From Macrostomum hystrix (lineage: Eukaryota; Animalia; Platyhelminthes), in assembly GCA_950097015.1 (NCBI GenBank), contig CATNEN010000034.1, positions 682,001 to 746,000 of the forward strand: 64,000 bases of DNA, given 5' to 3'. The position numbers were made by a program, and so were the translations under genes. The stretch's first letter is position 1. Each line of letters starts with the position of its first letter. Shown piece by piece: positions 62,611-64,000 of the stretch. A model generated the notes under the pieces. The model was given only the letters and a program-made list of their open reading frames with translations, did no database searches and was not told the DNA's origin.

Positions 62611-63029
62611 ACTCCGCCACAGAGCAGCGCACCGGGCGGTCCCGAGGCCGACATGGCCTAATTGGCGCTGGAACCCTGCCAGGTGAATACCAGGTGCTAA
62701 CCGGGGCCTGCACCGGACCTGCCAGCGCAGCACCGCCGCACATTGGCAAGAGCTTCAGCGTGGACGCCAAAGGCGGCAACCTCGGCTACAAGTCGCTGGT
62801 TCGGCCACCCTCGACGGAGCCGACACACCGGCGAGGAGCGGCGACGTCAGCGTCATCGGAGGAACACATGGCTACGGCAACAACAGCTCACGCGGCAACG
62901 CCTTTGGCTTCGTCCAACTCTATGTCGTTGGCAGCCATGCAGCAGCAGCAGCAGCAAATGCAGCAGCGCACGATAGGTAGCAGCGGCTACGTCTACGGCA
63001 GTCCTTACCTGACCAGCAGCTTTGTGTGA
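62611..63029 (+). CDS. PCDH: Protocadherin last exon, ending in a class I PDZ-type motif (SSFV*)
   Basis: Phase-1 start gives DSATEQR.... Open frame to TGA at 63027-63029. Confidence 0.7.
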
Positions 63030-63261
63030 CTGCAAATTTTCTTTTTTACTTTGCCGCTTTGCTCTAAGCATGTAAACGAAAGTTTTTACTGGATTATGTT
63101 ACCCTGTAAGAATACCTTACCTAGGTTGCTTGAAAATTCACCCTTACCTAAGGATATGATCATAAATGCACTTTTACTGACATCACCTATTCATTCTATA
63201 GAAAATTATTAATGAACTACTTGGCTTTTAAAGAAGGTATAAAGATGTAAAACCTGATCTT

Positions 63262-64000
63262 ACACTGCATCTCAGAATCCCATCCCACACTGCATCTCAG
63301 AATCCCATCCCACACTGCATCTCAGAATCCCATCCCACACTGCATCTCAGAATCCCATCCCACACTGCATCTCAGAATCCCATCTCACACTGCATCTCAG
63401 AATCCCATCCCACACTGCATCTCAGAATCCCATCCCACACTGCATCTCAGAATCCCATCTCACACTGCATCTCAGAATCCCATCTCACACTGCATCTCAG
63501 AATCACATCCCACACTGCATCTCAGAATCCCATCCCACACTGCATCTCAGAATCCCATCCCACACTGCATCTCAGAATCCCATCCCACACTGCATCTCAG
63601 AATCCCATCTCACACTGCATCTCAGAATCCCATCCCACACTGCATCTCAGAATCCCATCCCACACTGCATCTCAGAATCCCATCTCACACTGCATCTCAG
63701 AATCCCATCTCACACTGCATCTCAGAATCCCATCTCACACTGCATCTCAGAATCCCATCCCACACTGCATCTCAGAATCCCATCCCACACTGCATCTCAG
63801 AATCCCATCTCACACTGCATCTCAGAATCCCATCTCACACTGCATCTCAGAATCCCATCCCACACTGCATCTCAGAATCCCATCTCACACTGCATCTCAG
63901 AATCCCATCCCACACTGCATCTCAGAATCCCATCCCACACTGCATCTCAGAATCCCATCTCACACTGCATCTCAGAATCCCATCCCACACTGCATCTCAG
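63262..64000. repeat. 25-bp minisatellite (CACACTGCATCTCAGAATCCCATCC), runs off the window
   Basis: About 29 units visible. Confidence 0.97.

Noticed and set aside
62472-63029. Single 185-aa exon reading through the telomeric repeat as PNPNPN
   Set aside because: It needs a phase-2 upstream donor that was not found. The model with a 73-nt intron satisfies all phases with strong splice sites.

Overview
Eukaryotic (animal) genomic DNA with spliceosomal GT-AG introns. GC-rich exons carry long poly-Gln/poly-Ala tracts, and most introns hold their own minisatellite. This style resembles the flatworm Macrostomum lignano, but that is inference and no search was run. Genes: a PEA3-subfamily ETS factor (+, four exons joined in phase, 5' end not found); a secreted two-domain cystatin (-); a typical 2-Cys peroxiredoxin (+); a small RVxF-motif gene (+); a C2H2 zinc-finger gene (+); and a seven-EC protocadherin (+, six coding exons). 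Mobile DNA: a full-length, young BEL/Pao LTR retrotransposon (17981-24903, 5-bp TSD) with a +1 frame break inside gag; four copies of a tRNA-headed CORE-like SINE; and 3' remnants of an RNase H-bearing LINE. About 20 tandem arrays are present. The best candidate for new biology is the peroxiredoxin locus: a 62-codon exon resembling a mitochondrial presequence lies 9.9 kb upstream and splices in frame to the Prx exon, which also has its own Met. One gene could therefore give both mitochondrial and cytosolic enzymes, with another gene nested in the intervening intron. Also notable are a 73-nt intron built partly from telomeric (CCCTAA)n, and two LINE 3' ends that each run into the same 34-bp satellite. 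All gene models were built by hand from splice signals and reading phase and need RNA-seq confirmation.
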